A DNA stretch of 62,000 nt from Hyalangium minutum (GTDB lineage Bacteria; Myxococcota; Myxococcia; Myxococcales; Myxococcaceae), in NCBI RefSeq assembly GCF_000737315.1, contig NZ_JMCB01000002.1, positions 20,001-82,000 on the forward strand. Direction: 5' to 3'. This document shows, piece after piece, positions 1 to 9,152 of the stretch. The translations under genes were made by a program, and so were the position numbers. The notes under the pieces are model-generated. The model was not told the origin of the DNA. It saw only the letters and a list, made by a program, of their open reading frames with translations, and ran no database searches. The first letter of the stretch is position 1. Each line of letters begins with the position of its first letter.

Positions 1-583
1 CCTCGAACTCCTCGGCCTGCTGCGGCGCGGCATCCTGCCCAGGCGCCTGCGCGGGGAGCGGGCGGGGGGGCGTGAGCGCTCTCGGGACGTGGACGGGATC
101 CACTTTCGGGAAGGGCGGCGTGCTCGGATGCGCGGACATGCCCAGGTAGAAGGGCATGCCCGTGTCTCGCACCGCCTGCGCGAAGCTCTCGTCCGTGCTC
201 GGATCCGTGCTGCGCTCGTCCATCACCATGTCGAAGAGCACGGCCTTCGCGCCTCGGTACGCCAGCTCATCCACCACATGGGCCCACAAGTTGCGGGTCC
301 ACGGATAGTTGCCGAAGTTGCGCGCGTAGGTGGGGTTGTTGCGCACTCGCTCCAGGCTCGGCTGATCAATGGCCAGCACGACGATGTCGGAGGACACTCC
401 CTGGCGGTGGGTGAAGCGCGTGAGAGCGCTGTCATAGAGGATGCGCTCCAGGTTGGGCAGCCACAGCAATCCCAGCTTCCAGCTCCCCGCGGCCACGGCC
501 GTGGCCGCCACCGCCATGCCCACCATCAGCGCCAGGTGGTTGCGGAGGCGCAGCCGTAGGATCCTCCCAGCGTCACTCGCCAT
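1..583 (-). CDS. CHASE2-domain membrane sensor (probably adenylate/guanylate cyclase or kinase), runs off the left edge of the window
   Basis: Manual translation from ATG at 583: MASDAGRILRLRLRNHLALMVGMAVAATAVAAGSWKLGLLWLPNLERILYDSAL...DIVVLAIDQPSL...YPWTRNLWAHVVDELAYRGAKAVLFDMVM. An N-terminal TM helix is followed by CHASE2 hallmarks (IVVxAID, PWxR, GAKAVxFD). Not in the ORF track because it has no stop inside the window. Confidence 0.8.
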   Translation of the reverse strand, partial: MASDAGRILRLRLRNHLALMVGMAVAATAVAAGSWKLGLLWLPNLERILYDSALTRFTHRQGVSSDIVVLAIDQPSLERVRNNPTYARNFGNYPWTRNLWAHVVDELAYRGAKAVLFDMVMDERSTDPSTDESFAQAVRDTGMPFYLGMSAHPSTPPFPKVDPVHVPRALTPPRPLPAQAPGQDAAPQQAEEFE

Positions 584-673
584 GCTTCATCCCCATGGGC
601 GCGGACTCTATGTCACCTTGTCCGTGCGCAGCAGCCGCCTCGGGTGCATTAGACTGGGGGGGCTGCCAGCGGG

Positions 674-1252
674 GTGGGCTTGGAACTCGAGAAGCAAGGG
701 CGTGAGAAGTTCTCCGGCAACACATTCCTGGCCTATCTCCAGGGCCTGGACGCACTGGGCTTGCGCTCCGTGGTGCGCGCCATGGTGCCGCCGCGCGTGC
801 AGCGGATGATGGACCATCCGCCCGCCCCCACCGCATGGCTGGACACAGACGAGCTGCCGCTCATCTTCAACGCGGTGATGAAGCTCCAGGGCCTGGAGGG
901 CATGCGCAAGCTGGGGTACGCGGCGACGCAGGGCACCACGGCCCGCTTCCTCCAGCCGTTGATTCAGCTGACGCTGTCGAAGCAGGGCCGCCACCCAAGC
1001 GTGCTCTTGTCGCAGCTGTCCTCCATCTTCCGCCCCTTCTTCCAGGGGATCGACTTCCACTACAAGCAGGAGGGACCGCGCTCGGGCGTGCTGCAGATTC
1101 GCTCGGTCACGCCCATGGGCGCTGCGTCCTGGGCCGCCTGGGAGGGCACGCTGCGCATCCTCTACGACGAGTGCGGCGTGAGCACGGGCGTTGTCGGACA
1201 CAGCCAGATCTCCGAGCAGGGCCGCCTGGCGACCCTGAAGGTGCGCTGGTAG
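674..1252 (+). CDS. Myxococcales TIGR02265/DUF2378-like protein
   Basis: 192-aa ORF with host-like codons. Size and pattern (AW...ELP...F, MRKLGY, C-terminal beta strands ending LKVRW) resemble this myxobacterial paralog family. Confidence 0.55.
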   Translation: MGLELEKQGREKFSGNTFLAYLQGLDALGLRSVVRAMVPPRVQRMMDHPPAPTAWLDTDELPLIFNAVMKLQGLEGMRKLGYAATQGTTARFLQPLIQLTLSKQGRHPSVLLSQLSSIFRPFFQGIDFHYKQEGPRSGVLQIRSVTPMGAASWAAWEGTLRILYDECGVSTGVVGHSQISEQGRLATLKVRW

Positions 1253-1375
1253 TCCCAGAGAGCGGGCACCCAGCCGAGCCACCGTCCCAGCCCGTGGAGT
1301 CCCAGCCACGGACTTCAGTCCATTGCCGCGAGCCGAGGCGTGTCGAAGCTTTAGCCGCGACTCATTCACCCCTGT

Positions 1376-2602
1376 GTGAACTCAAAGGAGCGGGACGTGG
1401 CCCTGGATCTCTTCAAGGAGAAGGGGGTGCCGCTGGATCGACAGGTCTTCACCTGGAAGGACCTGGTTCAGCGCACCTATAGCAAGCTGGATGACGACGC
1501 CTTCACCCGCGTCCGTGTCATCCTGATGAATGGCATCGAGGCCGATTCACTGCGCTTCAAGCACATCGCGGCCCGCTTCAGCCGCCAACTGCGCGAGCCG
1601 CTCGCGCTCATCCGCCGCATGGAGCACCACCAGCAGACGATGGTGAACTGGCTCAACCCCGCGGACCAGAACCCGCTGGAGACGACGCTCGGCTTCGAGC
1701 AGGTGGCCATTGAAGTCACCGCCAGTGTGGCCCAGCGCGAGCCGGACCCGTACATGGCGCAGACGTACCGCTTTGGGCTGCTCGAGGACTTTGACCACCT
1801 GTACCGGTATGCCGCCCTGTACGACCGGCTGGAGGGCAAGGATCCGAACTCCCTCATCCAGTCCTACTCGGACATCCGTCCGGGCCGACCCACCGCGGTG
1901 GAGCACCGCCACCCGCTGGATGATCTGCGGCGGCCGTACGACATGCGCACGGCACACCCGCTCACCAAGATTCACGCGCTGCTCATCACCGCGGCCGAGT
2001 TCCAGACGCACGACTACTACATGACCATTGGTCCGATGTTCGCGGACCCCGTGGCCCGCCAGCTCTACGCGGAGATCGCCTCCATCGAGGAGCAGCACGT
2101 CACCCAGTACGGCTCGCTGGTGGATCCGGACGAGTCGCTGCTGGAGAAGTGGATGCTGCACGAGGCCATGGAGCTGTACTGCTACCAGTCGTGCCTGGCC
2201 TACGAGGGCAACCCGCGCGTGAAGGCCATCTGGGAGCGCTTCATGGACTACGAGCTGGGCCACCTCCACTACGTGATGGAGCTGTTCCAGCGGCTCGAGG
2301 GGCGTGATCCCGCTGAGGTGCTGCCGGCCACGCTGCCCGACCCCGTGGAGTTCAAGAGCCACCGCGAGTTCGTGCGCCGCGTGCTGAACCAGGAGGTGGA
2401 TCTGCGCGCCAACGGGCCGGACTTCGTGGACAAGGCGGAGCTGTCGCCGGGACACCGCTCGATTGTCTACCGCGACGCGCTCAACGCCGAGGGCTCGCCG
2501 TCCGAGACGGCCGCCGCGGGCTACCAGTGGACGCCGGGCACCGAGGTGGCGGCGCGCGGACAGCGCCTCGTCACCGGGCCGGAAGGGAGGCTGCAGTCAT
2601 GA
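1376..2602 (+). CDS. Ferritin-like (di-metal carboxylate) protein, probably two tandem four-helix bundles
   Basis: 408 aa with repeated ExxH-type motifs (EDFDH, EEQH, ELGH) and alternating acidic helices. Confidence 0.7.
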   Translation: MNSKERDVALDLFKEKGVPLDRQVFTWKDLVQRTYSKLDDDAFTRVRVILMNGIEADSLRFKHIAARFSRQLREPLALIRRMEHHQQTMVNWLNPADQNPLETTLGFEQVAIEVTASVAQREPDPYMAQTYRFGLLEDFDHLYRYAALYDRLEGKDPNSLIQSYSDIRPGRPTAVEHRHPLDDLRRPYDMRTAHPLTKIHALLITAAEFQTHDYYMTIGPMFADPVARQLYAEIASIEEQHVTQYGSLVDPDESLLEKWMLHEAMELYCYQSCLAYEGNPRVKAIWERFMDYELGHLHYVMELFQRLEGRDPAEVLPATLPDPVEFKSHREFVRRVLNQEVDLRANGPDFVDKAELSPGHRSIVYRDALNAEGSPSETAAAGYQWTPGTEVAARGQRLVTGPEGRLQS

Positions 2603-3357
2603 AGAAGACGTCCAGTGATGTGGGGCTCAACCGCACGGGCATCCAGACTTCGCCCATCGACAGCAAGGAGGCCATCGAAGGCGCGAAGGCGGGCATCCCT
2701 AGCTCCATGGGCACCGAGGCTGGCATCCTCGAGGTGCGTGCCATCTACGCCCGGGAGAGCGACGGCTTGGGCACGGTCCCCGTGCCGGCCACCCTCAAGG
2801 GCATGTTCACCACGGCCAAGGAGCTGCTGAAGGGCAACAAGCCCACGGTGTTCATCGACAAGCTGGGCGAGCGGCTCAGCTTCGAGCGCACGGGCGTGAG
2901 GCTCTACGAGGCGGCCCTGGGCAAGTTCGACATCCACGGCACGTGGGCGGGTGGGCCCTCGCGGGAACAGCTGGAGAAGATCCTCAGCGATGAGCTGTCT
3001 CACTTCGTCCTCATCCGCGAGGCCATCGAGAGGCTGGGCGCGGATCCGACGGCGCTCACGCCCTCGGCGGATCTGGTGGCGGTGGCGTCCATGGGGATTC
3101 CGCAGGTGCTGCAGGATCCGCGCACCAACCTCATTCAGTGCCTGGAGGCGCTGATGGTGGCGGAGCTGACGGACAACTCGGGCTGGGAGCTGCTCATCGA
3201 GCTGGCCGAGGGCTTGGGGCAGACCGAGCTCGTCGAGCAGTTCGAGGCCGCGCTGGGCGTGGAGGCCGAGCACCTCCAGTTGGTGCGCCGGTGGCTCATC
3301 GCCGGGGTGACGGGCGAGGCCGGTGTCCGCGAGGAGGCGGGCATCCCCGCGATGTAG
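2599..3357 (+). CDS. Ferritin-like domain protein
   Basis: Starts MKKTSSDVGLNRTG with an ATGA overlap on the upstream stop. Motifs FERTGVRLYE, DELSH, AELTD and EAEH form a di-iron bundle pattern. Confidence 0.75.
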   Translation: MKKTSSDVGLNRTGIQTSPIDSKEAIEGAKAGIPSSMGTEAGILEVRAIYARESDGLGTVPVPATLKGMFTTAKELLKGNKPTVFIDKLGERLSFERTGVRLYEAALGKFDIHGTWAGGPSREQLEKILSDELSHFVLIREAIERLGADPTALTPSADLVAVASMGIPQVLQDPRTNLIQCLEALMVAELTDNSGWELLIELAEGLGQTELVEQFEAALGVEAEHLQLVRRWLIAGVTGEAGVREEAGIPAM

Positions 3358-3372
3358 TGCCCATCTTCAGGG

Positions 3373-3409
3373 GGGAGAGCGGTGGAGGGTCCGCTCTCCC
3401 TTTCTTTTT
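3373..3409 (+). terminator. Rho-independent terminator after the ferritin-like pair
   Basis: GGGAGAGCGG-loop-CCGCTCTCCC 10-bp stem followed by TTTCTTTTT. Confidence 0.8.
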
Positions 3410-3424
3410 GCCTGGAGGAACAGC

Positions 3425-3937
3425 ATGCAGCCGAGCCCAGCGTTGAAGAGCCCGTCGTTGAGAGCGGAGTCCGCCGCAGCACTCGGTGTCTTTGGTGCCC
3501 TGACTGCGGGGGCAGGCGCTCTGGGGGCGCTCGTGACGGACCATGGGACCCAGCTCTGGTACCGGCGGCTGCGCAAGCCTCCGTTCCAGCCGCCCAGCGC
3601 CGTGTTCGGACCGGTGTGGACGGTGCTGTACGGCCTCATGGCCGTGTCTGCCTGGCGGGTGTGGAACCGGCCGGCCGGGCCTGCTCGCTCGCGGGCTCTG
3701 GGGCTGTGGGCGCTCCAGCTTGGCTTCAATGCCGCGTGGAGCTGGCTCTTCTTCGGGAAGCGCCTCAAGCGGACTGCGCTCGCGGACATCGGCGCGCTCG
3801 GAGCCAGCATCGCGGCCTATATCGCGGCGGCCCGGAAGGTGGACAAGCCGGCCGCGGCCCTGGTGGCGCCGTACCTGGGATGGGTGTGCTTCGCTGGCCT
3901 CCTCAATGAGGAGCTTGTCCGCAGGAACCCGTCTTGA
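3425..3937 (+). CDS. tspO: TspO/MBR tryptophan-rich sensory protein
   Basis: WYRRLRKPPFQPPSAVFGPVWTVLY, QLGFNAAWSWLFFG and LVAPYLGWVCFA are classic TspO motifs. Start placed at ATG 3425, after the terminator. Confidence 0.92.
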   Translation: MQPSPALKSPSLRAESAAALGVFGALTAGAGALGALVTDHGTQLWYRRLRKPPFQPPSAVFGPVWTVLYGLMAVSAWRVWNRPAGPARSRALGLWALQLGFNAAWSWLFFGKRLKRTALADIGALGASIAAYIAAARKVDKPAAALVAPYLGWVCFAGLLNEELVRRNPS

Positions 3938-3994
3938 TGCGCACCTGGACGTCCGGGGGAGCAGGGAGGCACCCCCCGGGCGTTGGGTCAGCTG

Positions 3995-4276
3995 CTAGAA
4001 ACACTCAGTGCTGTACTGCGAGTACGTGCTCGTCCTGCCCCACACGGACCATGAGCCGCAGTAGCAACCCCTGCCGCCGATCTGCGTGGAGTACGTCGCG
4101 TCGCTGAAATACGCCGTGTAGTAAGTCTCCCCCGCACAGTCCGGAATGGCATCTTCGCGGGTCTGCAGGTTGGACGGCGACGGCTCCTGCGTGGCCTCGT
4201 CGGCAACGCTACCGCCACAGCCCACCATCAGACCCATCACCAGCGACAGACTCGCAGCCCACATCGCGTTCTTCAT
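3995..4276 (-). CDS. Small secreted lipoprotein (DUF6289-like)
   Basis: MKNAMWAASLSLVMGLMVGC lipobox; C-terminal YFSDATYSTQIGGRGCYCG...WGRTSTY. Divergent from the ECF sigma gene. Confidence 0.65.
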   Translation of the reverse strand: MKNAMWAASLSLVMGLMVGCGGSVADEATQEPSPSNLQTREDAIPDCAGETYYTAYFSDATYSTQIGGRGCYCGSWSVWGRTSTYSQYSTECF

Positions 4277-4445
4277 GTGACCCTCCCGTACAGAAAGTGA
4301 AGGGCTGAACGTTAAGCCCGGGATTTCGGGAGGCTCAAGAAAAGTCGCAGCCGCCTTGCACGGGACGTGTGGGCCGTCCCGCCTCAACGAAAACTTTCAG
4401 AAAGTCCTTCGGGAAGATCTGCGCGGCCCGCCGTTCCAGAGGGGA

Positions 4446-5099
4446 ATGAACGCGGTTGCCCTACACAACATTGGCTTGCTCGCTGCTCCTCGGGTTGGTC
4501 GGTACTTGACTGTGCGTGACTGGGCTGCGAAGGCTGCCACCTTCGTGGATTCCCGGTCTCTCTCAGAGCCCACCGTTGATAGCCGGTGGTTCGCCGCGTT
4601 CATCCGGGAGCACGAGTCCGTCCTCCAGGCCACTGCGCTGCGCTTGTGCGGCAACCCCACGGATGCCCGGGATTTGGTCCAGGACACTCTGGAGCGTGGG
4701 CTGAAGAACCTGTCCCGCTACAAGCCGGGCACGGATGGGCGCGCATGGCTGCTCACCATCCTCCACCACATCTTCATCGACCGGTGCCGCTCGCGCACCC
4801 GGGAGCGCCGCGCGGATGTGTCCGCCGAGGATGTGGAGGAGAAGGTCGCCGCCCCCGAGCCCGACGCCCAGCCCGCCTGGGCCGCCATCAGCCCCGAGCA
4901 GCTGCGCGAGGCCCTGGACAAGATTCCCGAGGAGTTCCGCCTCGTCTACCAGCTGCACTCGCTGGAGGGGCGCTCCTATATCGAGATCGCGGAGCGGCTT
5001 GGCATCCCCAAGGCCACCGTGGGCACGCGGCTCATCCGCGCGCGCCGCCGCCTGAAGGAGTTGCTGATGCCCACTGTGACCGGAGGCGCCGAGGCATGA
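4446..5099 (+). CDS. ECF-family RNA polymerase sigma factor
   Basis: Region 2 DARDLVQDT...RAWLLTI and region 4 SYIEIAERLGIPKATVGTRLIRARRRL. Exact start uncertain. Confidence 0.92.
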   Translation: MNAVALHNIGLLAAPRVGRYLTVRDWAAKAATFVDSRSLSEPTVDSRWFAAFIREHESVLQATALRLCGNPTDARDLVQDTLERGLKNLSRYKPGTDGRAWLLTILHHIFIDRCRSRTRERRADVSAEDVEEKVAAPEPDAQPAWAAISPEQLREALDKIPEEFRLVYQLHSLEGRSYIEIAERLGIPKATVGTRLIRARRRLKELLMPTVTGGAEA

Positions 5100-6859
5100 G
5101 CGGCATGGGCGACATGGGCGAGGACATCCATGACCTCGTGCACGCGTTCGCGGACGGGGAGCTGGAGCCCTCAGAGGCCGAGGCCTTCCGCGAGCACCTC
5201 GGCACCTGCGAGCAGTGCCAGGCCGAGCTGGATGACATTCTCCAACTCCAGGCGCTGAGCGGGCGGCTGGCCTCGATGGAGGCGAAGCAGGCTCCGGCTC
5301 CCGAGACGGTGGCGCCTCCTGTGGAGAGGGCCCGGCCTGTCGAGGCGGCGCGGAAGACCGAGGAGGCGGCGGCTTCTTCTCGCGCCTTCCGCCCCGCGTG
5401 GAGCCGCCGCCGGCGCGTGGGCCTGAGCGTGGTGCTGGGTGGTGCGCTGGCCGCAGCCTTTGCCCTGGCCGTGCTGCGGACGCCGGGCCTGGAGGGTGGG
5501 AACACTCCCGAGACGCTCGCGCTGGCCCCCACCCGCTCCACCGAGGCGCGGCTGAGCTACGGCGGTGCCAGTGGCTGGCGGCCCTACGGCGTGAAGCGCT
5601 CCGGCAACGAGCGCCCCGTGGAGCGCGTGCCGCTGGAGACGCAGGCGAAGCTGGAGAAGAAGAGCGACCTGCACGGCCTGGCCACCACCTTCCTGCTGCA
5701 GGGCGAGAAGGATCAGGCCGCCGAGTACCTCGGCAAGCTCTCCTCCTCGCCGGACGTGGACAGCGATCGCGCGGTGGTGGCGCTGTCGAAGGGCGCGCTG
5801 GAGGAGGCGCTCAGCCTGCTGGAGGGCGTGCTCGAGAAGGCGCCGAACCACGCTCCCGCGCTGTGGAACCGTGGCCTGGTGCTGCGTGAGCTGGGGTTGG
5901 ATCTGCTGGCCGCCGAGAGCTTCGGCAAGGTGGCTGCGCTCAACGAGCCCGGCTGGAGTGACGAGGCCCGCGAGCGCAAGGCGCAGCTGGAGCGTCAGGG
6001 CCAGGAGCGCCACAACCGCTGGAAGGCCGTGTGGGACGCCGGCAATCGCATGGTGGCCGATGGCACGCTGCTGACGGACAGCCAGGTGCGTGACGCTCCG
6101 CCCATGGCGCGCCGCTCCCTGTACCTGGCCGCCTGGACCGCTCCCACCGCTGAGCGGGTGCTCGCGCTGCGGCCCGTGGCCCAGGCACTCGATGCGCACT
6201 ACGGCGGCAGGGTGCTGGAGACCTACCTGGAGCGCACCGCGAAGCGGGACTTCGCCACGCGCGCCCCGCTGGCCGCCACCTTCTCCCAGGGGCTCGAGGG
6301 CAAGCTGGACGCCACCGCGGGGGAGGCCTTCATCCGCCAGCTCCAGGCCTCGGGCGAGCAGGACATCCTCCTGGGCGCGCTCTCACTGCTCGGCATGCTC
6401 CCGGCGCGGGTGGACCTGTATGAGGCGGCCGCGCGCTCGCTGGGAGACCCCTGGTTCCTGATGAGCGCCCAGCTCCAGCGGGCCCAGGCGCAGCTCGCTG
6501 CCCGTGAGCTCGGGCAGGCGGAGGCCACGCTGCGCACCGCGCTCCCCGAGTGCGAGCAGCAGCACCTCGACTCCCGCTGCGCCGAGCTGGAGCAGATGCT
6601 CGTGGAGCTCTACACGCTGGATCACCGTCTGTCCGAGGCCGGTGAGCTGGCCCGCAAGGGGCTCACCCGCGCCCAGCAGATGAACGAGGCGGGCCTGGAG
6701 GTCCGATTCCTACAGAACCTCGAGCAGATCGCCCGCTTCCAGAAGGGCTTAGCCCTGGCGCGCGCGTACCTCCAGGAGTCCGCCCTGCGCGAGCCGGACT
6801 CCTGCCCCACGCAGATCCACGTGCACGCCTGTCGCTGTTGGCCGTTGTGTGTGCCGTGA
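5096..6859 (+). CDS. zf-HC2 anti-sigma domain + TM + TPR-rich protein, possibly C-terminally truncated
   Basis: ATGA overlap with the sigma gene stop. HLGTCEQC (HxxxCxxC) motif, TM segment VGLSVVLGGALAAAFALAVL, TPR-like helices (ALWNRGLVLRELG). Ends abruptly ...HVHACRCWPLCVP. Confidence 0.8.
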   Translation: MSGMGDMGEDIHDLVHAFADGELEPSEAEAFREHLGTCEQCQAELDDILQLQALSGRLASMEAKQAPAPETVAPPVERARPVEAARKTEEAAASSRAFRPAWSRRRRVGLSVVLGGALAAAFALAVLRTPGLEGGNTPETLALAPTRSTEARLSYGGASGWRPYGVKRSGNERPVERVPLETQAKLEKKSDLHGLATTFLLQGEKDQAAEYLGKLSSSPDVDSDRAVVALSKGALEEALSLLEGVLEKAPNHAPALWNRGLVLRELGLDLLAAESFGKVAALNEPGWSDEARERKAQLERQGQERHNRWKAVWDAGNRMVADGTLLTDSQVRDAPPMARRSLYLAAWTAPTAERVLALRPVAQALDAHYGGRVLETYLERTAKRDFATRAPLAATFSQGLEGKLDATAGEAFIRQLQASGEQDILLGALSLLGMLPARVDLYEAAARSLGDPWFLMSAQLQRAQAQLAARELGQAEATLRTALPECEQQHLDSRCAELEQMLVELYTLDHRLSEAGELARKGLTRAQQMNEAGLEVRFLQNLEQIARFQKGLALARAYLQESALREPDSCPTQIHVHACRCWPLCVP

Positions 6860-6871
6860 GCTCCGGAGCGC

Positions 6872-7039
6872 TCAGTTTCGGAAGCGCGTGGGCTTCAGCG
6901 GGTTGAGCGCGAGCATGACGGCGAAGTAGCGGGCCTGCACCTCGTTGGTGCAGTGCACTTCCTGAATGCGGCCGCCCATCTTCACTCGAATGAGCCAGCC
7001 ATCCTTCTCGCGAGTCAGCGTGGGGGTTTCGGTCGTCAT
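6872..7039 (-). CDS. Small hypothetical protein (55 aa)
   Basis: MTTETPTLTREKDGWLIRVKMGGRIQEVHCTNEVQARYFAVMLAL: protein-like composition and high-GC3 codons, fills the gap between two genes. Confidence 0.6.
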   Translation of the reverse strand: MTTETPTLTREKDGWLIRVKMGGRIQEVHCTNEVQARYFAVMLALNPLKPTRFRN

Positions 7040-7195
7040 TGGGTCCATTCCTGGGTGTTGAGCCAGCCTCCCACCTTTCTCATTAGCAGCCTGCATGCCA
7101 GTCTCCGGAGCGTGGGATTGCGGGCGTTTGGCCGCCCCTGGCGAACACCGGTGGACAGGGGAGCTGTCATTCTTGCAGACCCGTCTGCAAGAACT

Positions 7196-8773
7196 TCAGT
7201 GCACGGTGTGACTCGACGCTTGCTCGGGCTGCGCCTGCGCCGAGGGCAGTGTCGGAAGGGCGACATAAAATGTGGAGCCGCGGTCCACCTCGCTCTCCAC
7301 CCAGATGCGGCCTCCGTGGCGCGCGACGATGTCGCGGCAGATGTAGAGCCCCAGCCCGAGGCCTCCATAGGAGCGAGGGGACACATTGCGCGCGCGGAAG
7401 TAGCGCTCGAAGAGGTGCTCCTGCTGATCAGCGGGGATGCCGATGCCCGGGTCGCTCACGGACAGCAGGGCTGTGTCGCCGCGCGGCTCGAGCGAGACGT
7501 GGATGGTGCCGCCGTCCGGGCTGTACTTGAGCGCGTTCTCCAGGAGGTTGGCGATCACCTGCTCGAGCCGGTAGGGGTCTCCCAGCACCTGGAGCGGCGT
7601 GGCGGGCGCGTGGAAGAGGATGCGGTGCCCGGCTTCGTAGAGGCCCTCGGTGACGTGGATGACGTGCTCGGTGAGCAGGTCCAGGCGGGTGGGCTGAGGT
7701 TGGAGCGCGAGCCCGCCGGACTCGATGCGCGAGGCGTCCAGCAAGTCATTGATGAGCGAGGTGAGGCGCAGCAGGTGCTGGCGCGCGTGGCGCAGGGAGG
7801 AGGGGTCCACGGGCTCGCCGCGCTCCAGGCGGCGCTCGAGGTTGGCCAGGCGCAGGGAGAGCGGGGTGAGGGGCGTCTTCAGCTCGTGCGAGGCGATGGT
7901 GAGGAAGTCCTCGCGCACGCGCACGGCCTCCTGGGCCTCGCGGAAGAGGCGAGCGTGCTCCCGCTCCACCTTCTTGCGCTCGGTGATGTCCTCGACGATG
8001 CCCACGCCTCCAGCCACCTGGCCGCTACCGTCGTGGCAGGGGGCGAAGTGGATGCGCACGGGCGTCACCTTGGAAGCGGTGACGGAGGCGTAGTCGCCTT
8101 CATAGTGCGAGTGCTTGCCGCTGAGCGTGGCGCTGATGCAATGGGTGATGCGCGGATCCTTCAGGGTCAGCAGGTTGAGCCCGATCAGCAACTGCTTGGA
8201 CGAGCCGGTGATGCGGACGAAGTAGTCATTGCAGGCGGTGATGACGGGCGTCTTGTCGAAGTGGAAGATGCCGAGCGGGGCGTTCTCGACGATGGTCTGG
8301 TAGCGGCGCTCGGCCATGTCGGGCTTGCGCGCGGCGCCGAGGTGGCCGCTTTGCCAGAGCTCGAGGGACACCTCCTGTTGGAGGGGCTCGGGGCTGAAGC
8401 TGGGGGCCTCGGGGGCGCGGCGCAGGGACAGGACAATGCGCTGCTGCCCATGCCGCTGGGCCTGGCCGGTGGTGATCTCCAGCAGCAGCTCTTCGCCGCC
8501 CCGGCGCTTCAAGGGGAGGAGCGTGGAGTGGCCCGGCTGCTGCTGTTGGCGTGCGAGCAGGTAGCGGAGCAGGGAGTTCCCGTCGAGGGTCTGGAGGCGT
8601 GGGGGAACGAGGAGGGAGAAGGGCTGGCCGCGCAGCTCTTCTCCCTTCCATCCGAGCAGCCGCTCTGCGGCGGGGGTGATGTAGAGGATGTGTTCGCGGC
8701 CATCGCACGCCAGCAGGGGATCGGTCAGGGCATCGATCAGGAGCTCGAGCTCATCACCTTCCAGGCAGGACAC
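7196..8773 (-). CDS. PAS-PAS sensor histidine kinase
   Basis: Two PAS-like segments; H-box IASHELKTPLT; N-box NLLENALKYS; G-boxes DPGIGIP and GGLGLGL. Start uncertain (GTG 8773 or TTG 8791). Confidence 0.92.
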   Translation of the reverse strand: MSCLEGDELELLIDALTDPLLACDGREHILYITPAAERLLGWKGEELRGQPFSLLVPPRLQTLDGNSLLRYLLARQQQQPGHSTLLPLKRRGGEELLLEITTGQAQRHGQQRIVLSLRRAPEAPSFSPEPLQQEVSLELWQSGHLGAARKPDMAERRYQTIVENAPLGIFHFDKTPVITACNDYFVRITGSSKQLLIGLNLLTLKDPRITHCISATLSGKHSHYEGDYASVTASKVTPVRIHFAPCHDGSGQVAGGVGIVEDITERKKVEREHARLFREAQEAVRVREDFLTIASHELKTPLTPLSLRLANLERRLERGEPVDPSSLRHARQHLLRLTSLINDLLDASRIESGGLALQPQPTRLDLLTEHVIHVTEGLYEAGHRILFHAPATPLQVLGDPYRLEQVIANLLENALKYSPDGGTIHVSLEPRGDTALLSVSDPGIGIPADQQEHLFERYFRARNVSPRSYGGLGLGLYICRDIVARHGGRIWVESEVDRGSTFYVALPTLPSAQAQPEQASSHTVH

Positions 8774-8930
8774 CAGCGGGCCTCTCTCCAATCGTCCTGC
8801 TAGAGATAGGCACTTCTGGAGTGAGCGGCTGGGCCTGAGGGAGGACTCCCGGCGCCCGGGCGGGGAAGGGCCCGCTGCTGCGGTATGCTGCGACCGAAGT
8901 GGCAACGCTTTTGGGGCGGCTGAGGCGGCT

Positions 8931-9152
8931 ATGCGCTGGAAGGCAGCGATAATCGGGTGGATGGTCTTCTTCCTGATGGGATGTCCCCACTCGTTCGGAC
9001 GGGGAGGGATCCTGGACCGGGCCGCAGCCAAGGACACGAAAGAGTACCTGGAAGACCTCAACGGCGAGCAGCCCTGTCCATCACCTGAGGAGCTGAGTCA
9101 GCTCTGCGAGGAGCGAGACGATCCGGCATGCCCTCGGGAGTGCTTGCAGTGA
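8931..9152 (+). CDS. Small Cys-containing lipoprotein
   Basis: MRWKAAIIGWMVFFLMGC lipobox, then PHSFGRGGILDRAAAKD and a Cys-rich tail. Stop overlaps the next start (GTGA). Confidence 0.7.
   Translation: MRWKAAIIGWMVFFLMGCPHSFGRGGILDRAAAKDTKEYLEDLNGEQPCPSPEELSQLCEERDDPACPRECLQ

Noticed and set aside
1376-3357. Ferritin-like pair as encapsulin cargo
   Set aside because: No LTVGSL-like targeting peptide and no encapsulin shell gene in the window.
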